Translations under genes and position numbers: made by a program | The notes under the pieces: model-generated | Told to the model about the DNA's origin: nothing | Seen by the model: only the letters and a program-made list of their open reading frames with translations | Database searches by the model: none | Shown: in pieces, positions 42,153 to 53,400 of the stretch | Layout of the letters: each line of letters opens with the position of its first letter | How positions within the stretch are numbered: position 1 is the first letter of the stretch | Assembly: GCA_041946735.1 (NCBI GenBank) | Contig: JBHGAY010000022.1 | Span: 29,400-93,399, forward strand | Reading direction: 5' to 3' | DNA: 64,000 nt | DNA from: Candidatus Eiseniibacteriota bacterium | GTDB lineage: Bacteria; Eisenbacteria; RBG-16-71-46; CAIMUX01; VGJL01

Positions 42153-43427
42153 ATGAAGCGAACGGCGACAGTCGCATTCGTCCTGGCCCTGGCCCTCACG
42201 ATTCTCTCCTGCGGAGGCAAACAGAACGAGAGTCAGGGCTCGAGCTCCGCGCCGGGCGGGGCAAGTGGTGGCGCCGCCGGTCAGCCGGGAGGCAAGGACG
42301 GCGCCGTGAAGGAGCTTCGCGTCGGAGAGTTCGCCTCGATGACCGGCGCGACGGCGACGTTCGGGATCTCGATGGACCACGGGATCCTGATGGCGGTCGA
42401 CGAAGCGAATGTCGCCGGCGGCGTGGCCGGCGTGCCGATCCGGGTGATCTCCGAGGACGACCAGGGGAAGCCCGAAGAAGCGGCGACGGCCGCGAACAAG
42501 CTGATCAGCCAGGACCAGGTGGCGGCGGTCCTCGGAGAGGTCGCGAGCTCGAACTCCCTCGCTGCCGCGCCCATCTGCCAGCAGGCCCAGGTCCCGATGA
42601 TCACGCCCGCCTCGACGAACGAGAAGGTGACCGAGACGGGCGACTACATCTTCCGCGTCTGCTTCATCGATCCGTTCCAGGGCGCGGTCATGGCGAAGTT
42701 CGCGCGCCAGTCGCTTGGACTCTCCCGGGTCGCGATCCTCCGGGACGTCCGCAGCGACTACTCGCTGGGGCTCGCCAGCGCGTTCCGCAAGACGTTCGAG
42801 GAGGCGGGTGGGACGATCGTCGCGGACGAGAGCTTCCAGCAGGGGGATGTCGACTTTCGCGCGCCGCTCACTGCGATCGGCGCGGCGAAGCCCGACGGCA
42901 TCTTCGTCCCCGGCTACTACACGGACGTCGGTCTGATCGTGCGGCAGGCGCGCGATCTCGGCATCAAAGTCCCGATGATGGGGGGAGACGGGTGGGATTC
43001 GCCGAAGGTGCTGGAGATCGGCAAGGAAGCGATCGAGGGGTGCTACTTCAGCAACCACTACGCGAACGACGACGAGAGCCCGGTCGTGCAGGAGTTCATC
43101 GGCAAGTACGAGCAGCGATACGGAGCGAAGCCCGACGCGATGGCGGCGCTCGGCTACGACGCGGCGCGCCTGCTCTTCGACGCGTTGCAGCGCGTCGAGC
43201 AGAATAGCCCCGGGACGGTCGCGACGCTGGCGGACGGCCACTCCGCGGGAAAGAAGAAGCTGCGGGACGCGCGGGCGGCTTTGCGCGACGAGATCGCCGC
43301 CACGAAGGGCTTTCCCGGCGTGACCGGGTCGATCACGATCGATCCGCAGCGCAACGCGCGCAAGTCGGCGGTCGTCCTGCAGATCCGCGACGGAGGCTTC
43401 CACTTCGTCGAGCGCGTCGAACCGTAG
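42153..43427 (+). CDS. Branched-chain amino acid ABC transporter substrate-binding lipoprotein
   Basis: Lipobox ILSC; LivJ/K-type periplasmic binding fold; first gene of the liv operon. Confidence 0.92.
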   Translation: MKRTATVAFVLALALTILSCGGKQNESQGSSSAPGGASGGAAGQPGGKDGAVKELRVGEFASMTGATATFGISMDHGILMAVDEANVAGGVAGVPIRVISEDDQGKPEEAATAANKLISQDQVAAVLGEVASSNSLAAAPICQQAQVPMITPASTNEKVTETGDYIFRVCFIDPFQGAVMAKFARQSLGLSRVAILRDVRSDYSLGLASAFRKTFEEAGGTIVADESFQQGDVDFRAPLTAIGAAKPDGIFVPGYYTDVGLIVRQARDLGIKVPMMGGDGWDSPKVLEIGKEAIEGCYFSNHYANDDESPVVQEFIGKYEQRYGAKPDAMAALGYDAARLLFDALQRVEQNSPGTVATLADGHSAGKKKLRDARAALRDEIAATKGFPGVTGSITIDPQRNARKSAVVLQIRDGGFHFVERVEP

Positions 43428-43429
43428 CC

Positions 43430-44338
43430 GTGCAGGAGTTCCTCCAGCAGCTCGTCAACGGGATCTCGTGGGGCGGCATCTACGCCCTGATCGCTCTCGG
43501 CTACACGATGGTCTACGGGATCCTGCGATTGATCAACTTCGCGCACGGCGACGTGTACATGGTCGGCGCCTACCTCGGCTTCTACGCGGTCGGCTGGCTC
43601 GGCCTGCAGGGGGCGGGCGGGGCGGGAATCGCCGGCGTCCTTCTCGTCTTCGCCGTCTCGATGGCCGGGTGCGCCTTGCTGGGAATGGGGATCGAGAGGT
43701 CGGTCTACAAGCCGGTCCGCAAGCATTCGAAGCTGACGGCGCTGATCACGGCGATCGGGGTCAGCCTGCTCCTGGAGAACCTCGGCATTCTGATCTTCGG
43801 GCCGGACCCGCAGTTCTTCCCGCAGATCATCGTCGGCCGCACCTACCGGCTCCCGGGCGGAGTGGTGATCACGAACCACCAGATCCTGATCCTCGCCGGC
43901 TCCGCGATCCTGATGCTGCTCCTGCAGCAGGTGATCTACCGGACGCGGATCGGCAAGGCGATGCGCGCCGTCTCGTACAACCGCGACGCGGCGAGCCTCA
44001 TGGGGATCGCCACCGACCGGGTGATCCTCTTCACCTTCGCGATCGGAAGCGCGCTCGCGGCGGCCGCCGGCGTCCTCGTCGCATTGCAGAACCCGAAGAT
44101 CGAGCCGCTGATGGGGCTCCTGCCCGGCCTCAAGGCGTTCGTCGCGGCCGTCCTCGGCGGAATCGGCAACATACCGGGCGCCGTCGTCGGCGGCCTGCTC
44201 ATGGGGATCGCGGAGACGCTCGTCGCCGGCTACATCTCCTCCACGCTGCGCGACGCGATCGCCTTCAGCCTGCTGATCGTGATCCTGCTGGTAAAACCTT
44301 CCGGGATCATGGGGCGGTCGGCCTCCGAGAAGGTATGA
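43430..44338 (+). CDS. livH: Branched-chain amino acid ABC permease
   Basis: YALIALGYTMVYG..INFAHG, KAFVAAVLGGIG. Confidence 0.95.
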   Translation: MQEFLQQLVNGISWGGIYALIALGYTMVYGILRLINFAHGDVYMVGAYLGFYAVGWLGLQGAGGAGIAGVLLVFAVSMAGCALLGMGIERSVYKPVRKHSKLTALITAIGVSLLLENLGILIFGPDPQFFPQIIVGRTYRLPGGVVITNHQILILAGSAILMLLLQQVIYRTRIGKAMRAVSYNRDAASLMGIATDRVILFTFAIGSALAAAAGVLVALQNPKIEPLMGLLPGLKAFVAAVLGGIGNIPGAVVGGLLMGIAETLVAGYISSTLRDAIAFSLLIVILLVKPSGIMGRSASEKV

Positions 44339-44360
44339 GCCGGATCGAGGGGCAGAGGGG

Positions 44361-45416
44361 ATGAGCGACGCGGCCGAGGAGAAGAGCCGGAGGGCGGGTC
44401 GCCGCCGGGAGGCGCCGGACGGCCGGCAGTCCGGCGCGCGCGGCCGCCGTCGGCTGCCGATCGCCTGGATCGCCTGGATCGTCGCGATCCCGCTGCTCTT
44501 CGGCGCAGACCGGCTGCTCGCCGCGGCGCTGAACCCCTACGTGGCGAGGATCCTGATTCTCTCGGGCATCAACATCGTCCTCGCCGTCAGCCTGAACCTG
44601 ATCAACGGCTTCACCGGGCAGTTCAGCCTCGGCCACGCCGGCTTCATGGCGATCGGCGGCTACGCGGCCGCGTGGTTCAGCCTGGTCGTGGGACCGTCCT
44701 TCGGGCCTTCGCTCCAGGTGGTCTCGTTCCTCGTGGCCCTCGCGCTCGGGAGCGGGCTCGCCGCGCTCGCGGGGCTCTTGATCGGCATTCCGACCCTGCG
44801 CCTGCGCGGAGACTACCTCGCGATCGCGACGCTCGGTTTCGGCGAGATCATCCGCGTCGTGATCCTGAACCTCGAGTTCCTGGGCGGCGCGCGCGGCCTG
44901 ACCGGCATCCCGCCGCGGACGACCTTCTTCTGGGTCTATCTCGCCGTCGTGGCCTGCGTCGTCTTCCACGCGAACCTGGTCCGCTCGCGGCACGGCCGGG
45001 CGCTCCTCGCCGTGCGCGACGACGAGGTGGCGGCGGAGAGCCTCGGCGTGCCGACGACGCGCTACAAGATCCAGGCGTTCGTGATCGGAGCGGCATGGGC
45101 CGGCCTTGCGGGAGGTCTCTTCGGCCATTACCTGATGTACCTGCACACGAACAGCTTCACGTTCATGAAGTCGATCGAGGTCGTGATCATGGTCGTGCTC
45201 GGCGGGATGGGGTCGATCACCGGCTCGATCTTGGCGGCGATCGTGCTGACCGTGCTGCCCGAGGCGCTGCGCGAGTTCCGCGAGTACCGGATGGTCCTCT
45301 ACTCGCTGCTGCTGATCGTGCTCATGATCGCCCGGCCTCAGGGGATGTTCGGGACGCGGGAGCTGCCGCGCGTCTGGCAGCAGCTGCGCGAGCGGGTGCA
45401 GCGGAGGGGCGCGTGA
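44361..45416 (+). CDS. livM: Branched-chain amino acid ABC permease
   Basis: GQFSLGHAGF, RLRGDYLAIATLGFGEI. Confidence 0.95.
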   Translation: MSDAAEEKSRRAGRRREAPDGRQSGARGRRRLPIAWIAWIVAIPLLFGADRLLAAALNPYVARILILSGINIVLAVSLNLINGFTGQFSLGHAGFMAIGGYAAAWFSLVVGPSFGPSLQVVSFLVALALGSGLAALAGLLIGIPTLRLRGDYLAIATLGFGEIIRVVILNLEFLGGARGLTGIPPRTTFFWVYLAVVACVVFHANLVRSRHGRALLAVRDDEVAAESLGVPTTRYKIQAFVIGAAWAGLAGGLFGHYLMYLHTNSFTFMKSIEVVIMVVLGGMGSITGSILAAIVLTVLPEALREFREYRMVLYSLLLIVLMIARPQGMFGTRELPRVWQQLRERVQRRGA

Positions 45417-46225
45417 CCTGCAGCGCGGACGCCGGTGTGGGCGCGGCCCCGGTTCTCGAGCTCGAGAAGGCGTGCAAGCTCTTCGGCGGCCTGAAGGCCG
45501 TCACCGATCTCGATCTCGTCTTGCAGCCGGGGGAGCTCGTGGGGCTGATCGGCCCCAACGGGGCGGGAAAGACGACGGTCTTCAACATGATCACCGGCGT
45601 CTATCGTCCCACCTCGGGCGAAGTGCGGTTGCGCGGGGAATCGCTCGTCGGGCTCGCCCCTCACTCGATCGCCCAGCGGGGCGTGGCGCGGACGTTCCAG
45701 AACATCCGGCTCTTCGCGCAGTTGAGCGTGCTCGACAACGTGCGCGTCGCCTTCCATCGGGAGTCCTCGATCGGGATCCTGCCGGCGATCCTGCGGACGC
45801 CGCTCTTCCGGAAGGAGGAACGGCTGTTCTGCGATCGGGCGCGCGAGCTGCTCGGGCTGCTCGGCCTCGCGGAGTTCGCCGAATCGCGGGCGATCGATCT
45901 CGCCTACGGGCATCAGCGTCGCGTGGAGATCGCGCGCGCTCTCGCGCTCGCGCCGCGGCTGCTGTTGCTCGACGAGCCGGCGGCCGGGATGAACCCGCAC
46001 GAGACGGAGGATCTGATGAGCTTGATCCTCCGGATCCGCAAGGAGTTCGACCTGACGATCCTGCTGGTCGAGCACGACATGCGGTTCGTCATGGGAATCT
46101 GCGAGCGCCTCGTCGTTCTCGACTACGGCGTGAAGATCGCCGAGGGGAGCCGGGAGGAGATCCGGCGGCACCCACGCGTCATCGAGGCGTACCTCGGGGA
46201 GGAGGCGCCGCATGCTGCGCCTTGA
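45413..46225 (+). CDS. livG: Branched-chain amino acid ABC ATP-binding protein
   Basis: GPNGAGKTT, LAYG, LLLDEPAAG, VEHDM. Confidence 0.95.
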   Translation: MTCSADAGVGAAPVLELEKACKLFGGLKAVTDLDLVLQPGELVGLIGPNGAGKTTVFNMITGVYRPTSGEVRLRGESLVGLAPHSIAQRGVARTFQNIRLFAQLSVLDNVRVAFHRESSIGILPAILRTPLFRKEERLFCDRARELLGLLGLAEFAESRAIDLAYGHQRRVEIARALALAPRLLLLDEPAAGMNPHETEDLMSLILRIRKEFDLTILLVEHDMRFVMGICERLVVLDYGVKIAEGSREEIRRHPRVIEAYLGEEAPHAAP

Positions 46226-46916
46226 GGGGCTCGAGGTCCGCTACGGGGCGATCCAGGCGGTGCGGGGCGTCGATCTGGAGGTCCGGGAGGGAAAGATCGC
46301 GACCTTGATCGGCGCCAACGGCGCCGGGAAGTCGACGATCCTGCGGACGATTTCGGGGCTGCTGCGGCCGAGCGCGGGGAGGATCCTCTTCGAGGGGAAG
46401 CCGATCCAGGGCCTGCCGCCGCACAAGATCGTCGCGATGGGGGTCGTGCAGGTGCCGGAGGGGCGGATCATCTTCGCGAACCTGACCGTCCTCGACAATC
46501 TCGAGCTGGGGGCATACCTGCGGCGCGACCGCGCGGGGATCCGACAGGATCTGGAGGTCGTGTTCACGCTCTTCCCGCGCTTGAAGGAACGGATGCGGCA
46601 GGCGGGCGGGACGTTGAGCGGCGGCGAGCAGCAGATGCTCGCGGTCGGGCGCGGGCTGATGGCGAAGCCGCGGCTGCTCCTGCTCGACGAGCCGTCGCTC
46701 GGCCTCGCGCCGCTGCTCGTGAAGGGGATCTTCGAGCGGATTCGCGAGATCAACCGGATGGGCACCTCGATCCTCCTCGTCGAGCAGAACGCCCGCATGG
46801 CGCTCCAGACCGCCGACGACGCCTACGTGCTCGAGACCGGCCGGATCGTCCGCTCGGGGGCGGCCGCGGAGATCGGCAGCGACGCCGGCGTGCGCGAGGC
46901 GTATCTGGGGGGATGA
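46212..46916 (+). CDS. livF: Branched-chain amino acid ABC ATP-binding protein
   Basis: GANGAGKST, LSGGEQQML, DEPSLGLAP. Confidence 0.95.
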   Translation: MLRLEGLEVRYGAIQAVRGVDLEVREGKIATLIGANGAGKSTILRTISGLLRPSAGRILFEGKPIQGLPPHKIVAMGVVQVPEGRIIFANLTVLDNLELGAYLRRDRAGIRQDLEVVFTLFPRLKERMRQAGGTLSGGEQQMLAVGRGLMAKPRLLLLDEPSLGLAPLLVKGIFERIREINRMGTSILLVEQNARMALQTADDAYVLETGRIVRSGAAAEIGSDAGVREAYLGG

Positions 46917-48424
46917 TGGCGGACGAGCCGGACAACCGCGGCGAGAGCCGCGAGGGCCGCGAGAGTCGCGGAGGTCGCGAGAGCGGCGACGGCCGCGACA
47001 GCCGCGCTTCCCTCGCGCTGCTGCCGTCGATCGAGGCGCTCCTCGCCGACGCCCGCCTCGAGGCGCTGAGCGGCGAGCCGCGCCCGCTCGTGCGCGCATG
47101 GGCGCGCGAGACGCTCGACCGGCTGCGTGCGGAGATCCGCGCCGGAAGCTGGACGCCGGGCAGCCGGGACGAGGCGCTGGCGCGCTCGATCGACGGCATT
47201 CTCGAGCGCGGGGCGATCCGCTTGCCGCTCCGCTTGCGGCCGGTGTGGAATGCGACCGGCGTCTTGCTCCACACGAACCTGGGTCGCGCGGTCCTTCCGG
47301 AGGAGGCGCGCCGGGCGCTCCTCGCGGTCGCCTCGGGCGCGAGCGCGCTCGAGATCGACCCGGCGACCGGACGGCGTGCTTCGCGACTCGCCGCGGTGCG
47401 GGAGCTGATCCCCGTCGTCACCGGCGCCGAGGCGGGCTTCCCGGTCAACAACAACGCGGCGGCCCTCTTCCTCGCGGTCGCCGGTATCGCGGCGGGACGC
47501 GAGGTGCTCGTCTCTCGCGGTCATCTTGTCGAGATCGGCGGCTCGTTCCGCCTTCCCGACATCTTGCAGGCGACGGGCGCGCGGCTGCGGGAGGTCGGGA
47601 CGTCGAACCGCACCCGCATCTCGGACTTCGAGCGAGCGCGCACGCCCGACACCGCGCTCGTCCTGCGCGTGCATCGCAGCAACTTCAAGCTCGTCGGCTT
47701 CACCGAGGAGCCGTCGATCGAGGAGATGGTGGCGTTCTGCCGGTCCGCCGGCCTCCCGCTCCTCGACGATCTCGGCAGCGGCGCGCTTCGCGCCTACCGC
47801 GATCTCTTCCCGGAAGAGCCGGCGATCGAGGACTCGATCGAGGCGGGCGCCGATCTGGTCTCCGTCTCGGCCGACAAGCTCCTCGGGCTCGGCCAGGCGG
47901 GTATCCTCGCGGGTAAGCGCGAGGCGATCGAGGCGTTGCAGAAGCACCCGATCGCGCGCGTCGTGCGGCTCGACAAGACGCTCCTCGCGACGCTCGAGGC
48001 GGGGCTGCGCCTGCACCTCGATCCGGAGCGGGCGCGCCGGAGGATCCCGCTGCTGCGGGCGCTGTCGAGGAGCGAGGAGGATGTGCGGGCGGCGGCCGAA
48101 CGGATGGCGGATGCGCTGCGCGACCGGCTGGGCCGGGGGCGCGGCGCGAGCGGCGCTTATCGGATCGAGACGGTCGCGACGCGCGTCGAGGTGGGAGGAG
48201 GGTCGCTCCCGGGCCAGGAGATCTCCTCGCACGCCGTTCGCATCACCCATCCGGAGATCGTCGCCGGCGCGATCGCAGCTCGGCTGCGCGCCGGCGATCC
48301 TCCGGTCCTCGGCCGCGTGCAGCAGGACGGCCTGCTGCTCGATCTTCGCGGCATCGAGCCGGAGGACGAGGAAGCGTTCGGCGAGGCGGTCGCGGCCGCG
48401 CTCGCTGAAGGGGAGGAAGGATGA
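46913..48424 (+). CDS. selA: L-seryl-tRNA(Sec) selenium transferase
   Basis: NATGVLLHTNLGRA, VNNNAAA, EIGGSFR, EVGTSN, DLGSG, SADKLLG (PLP lysine). Confidence 0.93.
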   Translation: MMADEPDNRGESREGRESRGGRESGDGRDSRASLALLPSIEALLADARLEALSGEPRPLVRAWARETLDRLRAEIRAGSWTPGSRDEALARSIDGILERGAIRLPLRLRPVWNATGVLLHTNLGRAVLPEEARRALLAVASGASALEIDPATGRRASRLAAVRELIPVVTGAEAGFPVNNNAAALFLAVAGIAAGREVLVSRGHLVEIGGSFRLPDILQATGARLREVGTSNRTRISDFERARTPDTALVLRVHRSNFKLVGFTEEPSIEEMVAFCRSAGLPLLDDLGSGALRAYRDLFPEEPAIEDSIEAGADLVSVSADKLLGLGQAGILAGKREAIEALQKHPIARVVRLDKTLLATLEAGLRLHLDPERARRRIPLLRALSRSEEDVRAAAERMADALRDRLGRGRGASGAYRIETVATRVEVGGGSLPGQEISSHAVRITHPEIVAGAIAARLRAGDPPVLGRVQQDGLLLDLRGIEPEDEEAFGEAVAAALAEGEEG

Positions 48425-50337
48425 CCGAAGCCTACTTCTCCTCCGCGGAAGAGGCCGCTCGCGCGCTCGAGCTGCCGCTGCTCGTCACCGCTCCGTCGGA
48501 TGCCGCCGTGCCGCGGCGCCGCGATCGCCTTTCGGACTTCGGTCCCGGGACGATCCTCGGGGCGAGGCTGTTCCACCGGCTGGGCATTCCCGGAGACGCG
48601 AGCCCGTTCGTCGTCTGGATCACTTCGCCGCACGGCAGCTTCGAGCATCTGTCCTGGGCGGTCGCGCTGGCGGAGCACACGGCGCGCGAAGGGCGCGCCA
48701 CCTTCCTGCTCGATCCGAGCCGGGTCGGTCCGCTCACGCCGCTCGCCGGGGGACCGGGATTGCCGCTGCCGCTGCCCGTCTTGGACAGGCTCGGGCGGCT
48801 CGGCGTTCCGATCGCCGCCGGTTGGCCGAGCGATCTGCAGGGAGTCCGGCTCGTGCGCCCCGTCGAGCACCTGCCGGCCGGCGAGGCGATCGCGGCGCCA
48901 CCGGGCTGGGTGCTGATCCTCGCGCAGTCGCTTCCCGATCCTTCGGAAGGGCCGGTCGGGCCGCGGCCGGGATGCGACGGCGTAGTGCTGGCGGCCGCGA
49001 TCCGCGACCACTCGGTCGGCGAGCTCGAAGCGATCGTCGGCGATCTGCGAGGGACGAAGCAGAGGATCCTTGGGCTGATCGCGATGGGACCGGTGCCGTT
49101 CGAGAGGCGTCCTCCGATCGAACGGTGGACGACGGAAGCGGCGGCGGCCGCGAAGACGGCTCCTGCGGCTGAAGCTCCGAAGGCTGCGACTCCGCCGGCT
49201 TGGGCGCCTCCGGCTGCAGCTCCGCCACCTGCGGCTCCGCCACCTGCACCGGCGAAGGCGACGCCGCCTCCCCCACCGAAGACGCCGCCGCCTGCGCCAG
49301 CGCCTGCGCCGCCGGCGGCTCCGCCGCCGCCCACTCCAGCTCCGGTGCCAACGCCAGCGGCGCCGGCGCCGGCGCCGGTGCCGCCCGCTGCGTCGCAGAC
49401 GAAGGCAGAGGCGCCCGCTCCGAAGGCGCCGCCGGCGCCTCCACCGCCCAAGACGCAGCCCGTGAAGGCAGAGAAGCCGGTCGCGCCGCAGCCGCCGCCA
49501 CCGGCGCCGCCGGCGAAGCAGCCGCCGGCGCAGCAGCAGCCGCCGCCGCCACCAAAAGAGCCGCAGCAGCCGGAGCCGGCGGTCCCCGTCGCGCGCTTCG
49601 ACGCCTGGCATGAGCCGCGCCGCACGCGCCGGCTCGTCGCCCCTGCGCTCCTCATCGTGGGACTCGTTGTCGCGACCGTCCTCCTCGTCCGGCTCTTCGG
49701 GGGCGGCGCGGGCGGACGTGCGCCGGGCGAGCCGCAGCGAAGCCGGACGGAGCCGTCGCTTCCCTCGACCCGGTTTCCAGCAGCCGACACAGCCGGCACA
49801 GCCGGCACTTCCGACACAGCCGGCACTTCCGACACAGCCGACACGGCACGCAGCGGCGAAGGGGGAACCGGCTTGACGGTGCCCTCGGATACGACGAACC
49901 TTCGCACTCCGGTGGCCCCGCCGGCTCCGTCGTGGTCGCCGGGATCGGACACCGTCGTCGTTCACGTCGGCTCCTACCGGGATGCGGGTGTCGCGACCCT
50001 GGTCGCCGCCCGGCTCGCGGAACGCGGGGTGCCGGCGCGGGTCGTTCCGGTCGACCTTCCGACGAAGGGACACTGGAACCGGGTGACGGTGGGGTCCTTC
50101 CCGGACACGGCCTCCGCCTGGCGTGAAGCGATCCGGCTCTACCGGTCCGGACTCGTCGATTTCGCCCAGATCATCGGGCGGGGGGGCCGGGGAGTGCGGA
50201 TCCGAACGGTGGAGACGGCGATGACGAACACCCGGGTGCCGGAAGGCATCGAGCCGGAAGGCATCGAGCCAGAAGGCATCGAGCCGGGAGACATCGAGCC
50301 GGCGATCGAGAGGAGAGAGCAGCAGCAACCGCGCTGA
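48421..50337 (+). CDS. Membrane protein: degenerate P-loop/BY-kinase-like domain, Pro-rich linker, TM, SPOR domain
   Basis: VHVGSYRD..A...A.RL..G.PA..W.RV.VGSF SPOR domain; one hydrophobic TM; long P/A-rich segment. Confidence 0.75.
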   Translation: MTEAYFSSAEEAARALELPLLVTAPSDAAVPRRRDRLSDFGPGTILGARLFHRLGIPGDASPFVVWITSPHGSFEHLSWAVALAEHTAREGRATFLLDPSRVGPLTPLAGGPGLPLPLPVLDRLGRLGVPIAAGWPSDLQGVRLVRPVEHLPAGEAIAAPPGWVLILAQSLPDPSEGPVGPRPGCDGVVLAAAIRDHSVGELEAIVGDLRGTKQRILGLIAMGPVPFERRPPIERWTTEAAAAAKTAPAAEAPKAATPPAWAPPAAAPPPAAPPPAPAKATPPPPPKTPPPAPAPAPPAAPPPPTPAPVPTPAAPAPAPVPPAASQTKAEAPAPKAPPAPPPPKTQPVKAEKPVAPQPPPPAPPAKQPPAQQQPPPPPKEPQQPEPAVPVARFDAWHEPRRTRRLVAPALLIVGLVVATVLLVRLFGGGAGGRAPGEPQRSRTEPSLPSTRFPAADTAGTAGTSDTAGTSDTADTARSGEGGTGLTVPSDTTNLRTPVAPPAPSWSPGSDTVVVHVGSYRDAGVATLVAARLAERGVPARVVPVDLPTKGHWNRVTVGSFPDTASAWREAIRLYRSGLVDFAQIIGRGGRGVRIRTVETAMTNTRVPEGIEPEGIEPEGIEPGDIEPAIERREQQQPR

Positions 50338-50412
50338 GCGGCGGCGGGCGCAACGGAGGGCGGCGCGCGAGCCGGCCTTGCGCCCGAGCATCGATTTGCG
50401 GAAGGAGAGAGA

Positions 50413-53400
50413 GTGCGCCTGAAGAACCTCACCGTGCACGGCTTCAAGTCGTTCGCGAACCGGACCGAGATCCCGCTGGGGCAGGGGATCACGGGCATCG
50501 TCGGTCCCAACGGCTGCGGCAAGTCCAACGTCTCCGAAGCGATCCGATGGGTCCTGGGCGAGGGGAACGTCCGCGTCCTGCGCGGCGAGAACATCCTCGA
50601 CGTGATCTTCAAGGGCTCGGGGACCGCGAAACCGGCGGGTTATGCGGAGGTGATGCTCCTCGTCGACAACGAGGACCAGTCGCTGCCCGTCCCGCAGGGA
50701 GAGGTGACGATCGCGCGACGCGTCTTCCGTTCGGGCGACAGCGACTTCCTCATCAACAACGTTCCGTGCCGCTTGAAGGACATCCGCAACCTCTTCCTCG
50801 GCACCGGGCTCGGCTCGCACGGCTACTCGGTCATCGAGCGGGGGATGGTCGATCAGGTCCTCTCCGACAACGACGAGCAGCGCCGGCTCTTCTTCGAGGA
50901 GGCCGCCGGCATCAGCCGCTACAAGCTGCAGAGGCGCGAAGCGCTCCGCAAGCTCGAAGGGACCGAGCAGGACCTCCTGCGGATCGACGACATCGTGCGG
51001 GAGATCGAGCGGGAAGTCCGCTCCCTCGCCCGTCAGGTCGGCAAGGCGCGCAAGCACCATCGCCTCCTGGGCGAGATCCGCGACCTCGAGGTCGAGCTGG
51101 CGCTGCGCCGCTTCTGCGAGCTCGATCGCCGGCGCGTCGCGGGGGCGAACGAGCGAGACGGCTGGACGAGCGAGCGCGAGTCGCTCGGGCTCGAGCTGTC
51201 GCGCCTCGAGGCCGATCTCGAGACGGGACGGTTGAAGCTCCTCGAGCGCGAGAGGCTCCTCGAAGAGGCGCGCCGCGAGCGTGAGGATCTGCTCGGGCGG
51301 AGCGCTTCGGTCCGCGAGGAGGCCGCGGTCCTCGCCTCGAAGATCCAGGGGAACGAGCAGCGGGCGCAGGAGCTGTCGCGCCGCATCGTCGAGGAGTCGG
51401 CGCACGAGGCCTCGCTCCGCGAGCGGATCGCCTCCCGCATTCCCGAGCAGGAGGAACTGGCGCGCCAACGGGAGGGGCGCCAGGCGCTCGTCCGCGAGGC
51501 GGAAAAAGGAGTCGCCGAAGCGGAGAAGGCGTTCGCCGCCGCTCGCGAGGAGGCGGCGCGGACCGCGCAGCTGCGGATGGAGCGACTCGTCGTGCGGACG
51601 AAGGAGAGCCAGGAGCTGGAGGGCTACCTCTCGCGGATCGAGCAGCAGGAGCTGCGGACCGCCTCCCTCTCGGTCCATCGCGAGACGCTCGGGCGCAAGA
51701 CGGGCGAGATCGCGGAGCGGATCGCCGCGCTCGAGGAGGAGATCGCGCGAGGCGCCGGCGAGATCGAATCGCTCGCCTCGCGGGCCGCGGAAATCGAAGC
51801 GGCGCGCGCCGCCGCAGAGGCGGATCGGGAGGCTTCGCGCCGCGAGAAGGAGGAAGCCTCGCGCGAGCGAGCCTCGGTCGAGAGCCGCCTCTCCCTGCTC
51901 CACGAGCAGCGGGAGCGCCACGAGGGGTTCGACTCCGCCGTTCGCTCGCTGCTGGAGAGGCGGGGCGAGTTCCACGGCGTCCTCGGCGTCGCCGCCGAGC
52001 TGGTCCGCCCGGAGCGCGGGCTGCCGGTCGCGACCGTCGAAGCGCTTCTCGGCGACGCGCTGCAGTGGGTCGTCGTCGAGGACGAGGAGGCGGCGCGCCA
52101 GGCGATCGAACGCCTTCGCGCGGAAGGACAGGGCGGCGTCACCTTCTTCCCGCTGCGCGAGAACGCCACGGAGTCCCCGGCCGGATCGACGGACGGATGG
52201 GATCGCCCGCCGCTTCACGCCGCCGACGATCGCCTATCGCCGCTCGTCCGCCACCTCGCTGCGCGCGTGTGCCCGCGGGAGAGCGCCGGCGCGGCGCGCG
52301 AGGGCGCTTTCGGTGGCGCTCGCGCCGCGGCCCCGCTGCTCCGTCATCTGTCCCCGGAAGGGATCGTCTACTCCTCCGAAGGTTGGATCCGGCTGCAGGG
52401 AGGGGGCGGCGCCGACCGCGAGATCCTCGAGCGGATGCGGGAGATTCCCGATCTCGAGGAGGCCGCCGCGCATCTGCGCGAGCGGCAGGATCGCGCCGAG
52501 GAGCGGCTGCTCGAGCTGGAGCGCGCGATCGCCGAGGCCCGGGAGCGGGCGAGCGCGATCGAGCGGGAGAAGGCGGAGCGGATCGAGCGGGAGCGCCGCC
52601 TCGACCGCGAGCTGTCGGAGCGGAAGGTGGAGCGGGGGCTCCTGACCGAGGAGGCGGAGCGCGTCGCGCGCGAGATCGACGCGCTCGGCGAAGCGATCGA
52701 GATGCTGCGGCGGGAGCGCGCCGCCCTCGAGGACCGGCTCGGCATCTCGGAAGCGTCGGAGCTCGAGGCGCAACAGCGTCATGACCGCGCCCGGGCCGAG
52801 GAGGACGCGTGCGCGCGCCGGCGCGACACCGCGCTCGCCACGCTGACCGAGCACCGGACCGAGATGCTGCGCCTCGAGAACGCGATCCGCGAGATCGAGA
52901 CGTCGCGGCAGCGCGACGGCGAGGAGGCCGACCGACTCGCGGCGGCCCTCATCCTCTGGGGGCAGGAGCGGGACGAAGCGTCCCGCCTGGCGGTCGAAGG
53001 GACCGAGCGGCGCCAGAAGCTTCTCGCGACCGCCGTCGATCTCGAGGAGCGCACACACGACGCCGAGGGGACGGTCGATCGCCGGCGCTCGGAGCGCGAC
53101 GAGGAGCAGAGCGTCCTCGCCGCGCTGGATCACGAGATTCGCGAGCGACGAGCCGTGTTCGAGGGGCTCAAGGAGCGCCTGCACGACGACCAGATCCGGC
53201 AGGTGGAGATCCGCTCCGAGATGGACCGCCTGCGCGAGCGCATCCTGCAGGAGTTCGAGATCGACCTGGAGGTCGAGGCGCCGAAGCGGCTGGCTTCCCT
53301 CGAGGGCGGAGACTCGTCCGTCCCGGCGCCGGCCGCCGTCGAGGGCGCGCCGGCGGCGGCCCCCGCGGCCGATCTCGAGATCGAGGTCGAAGGGGAAGGT

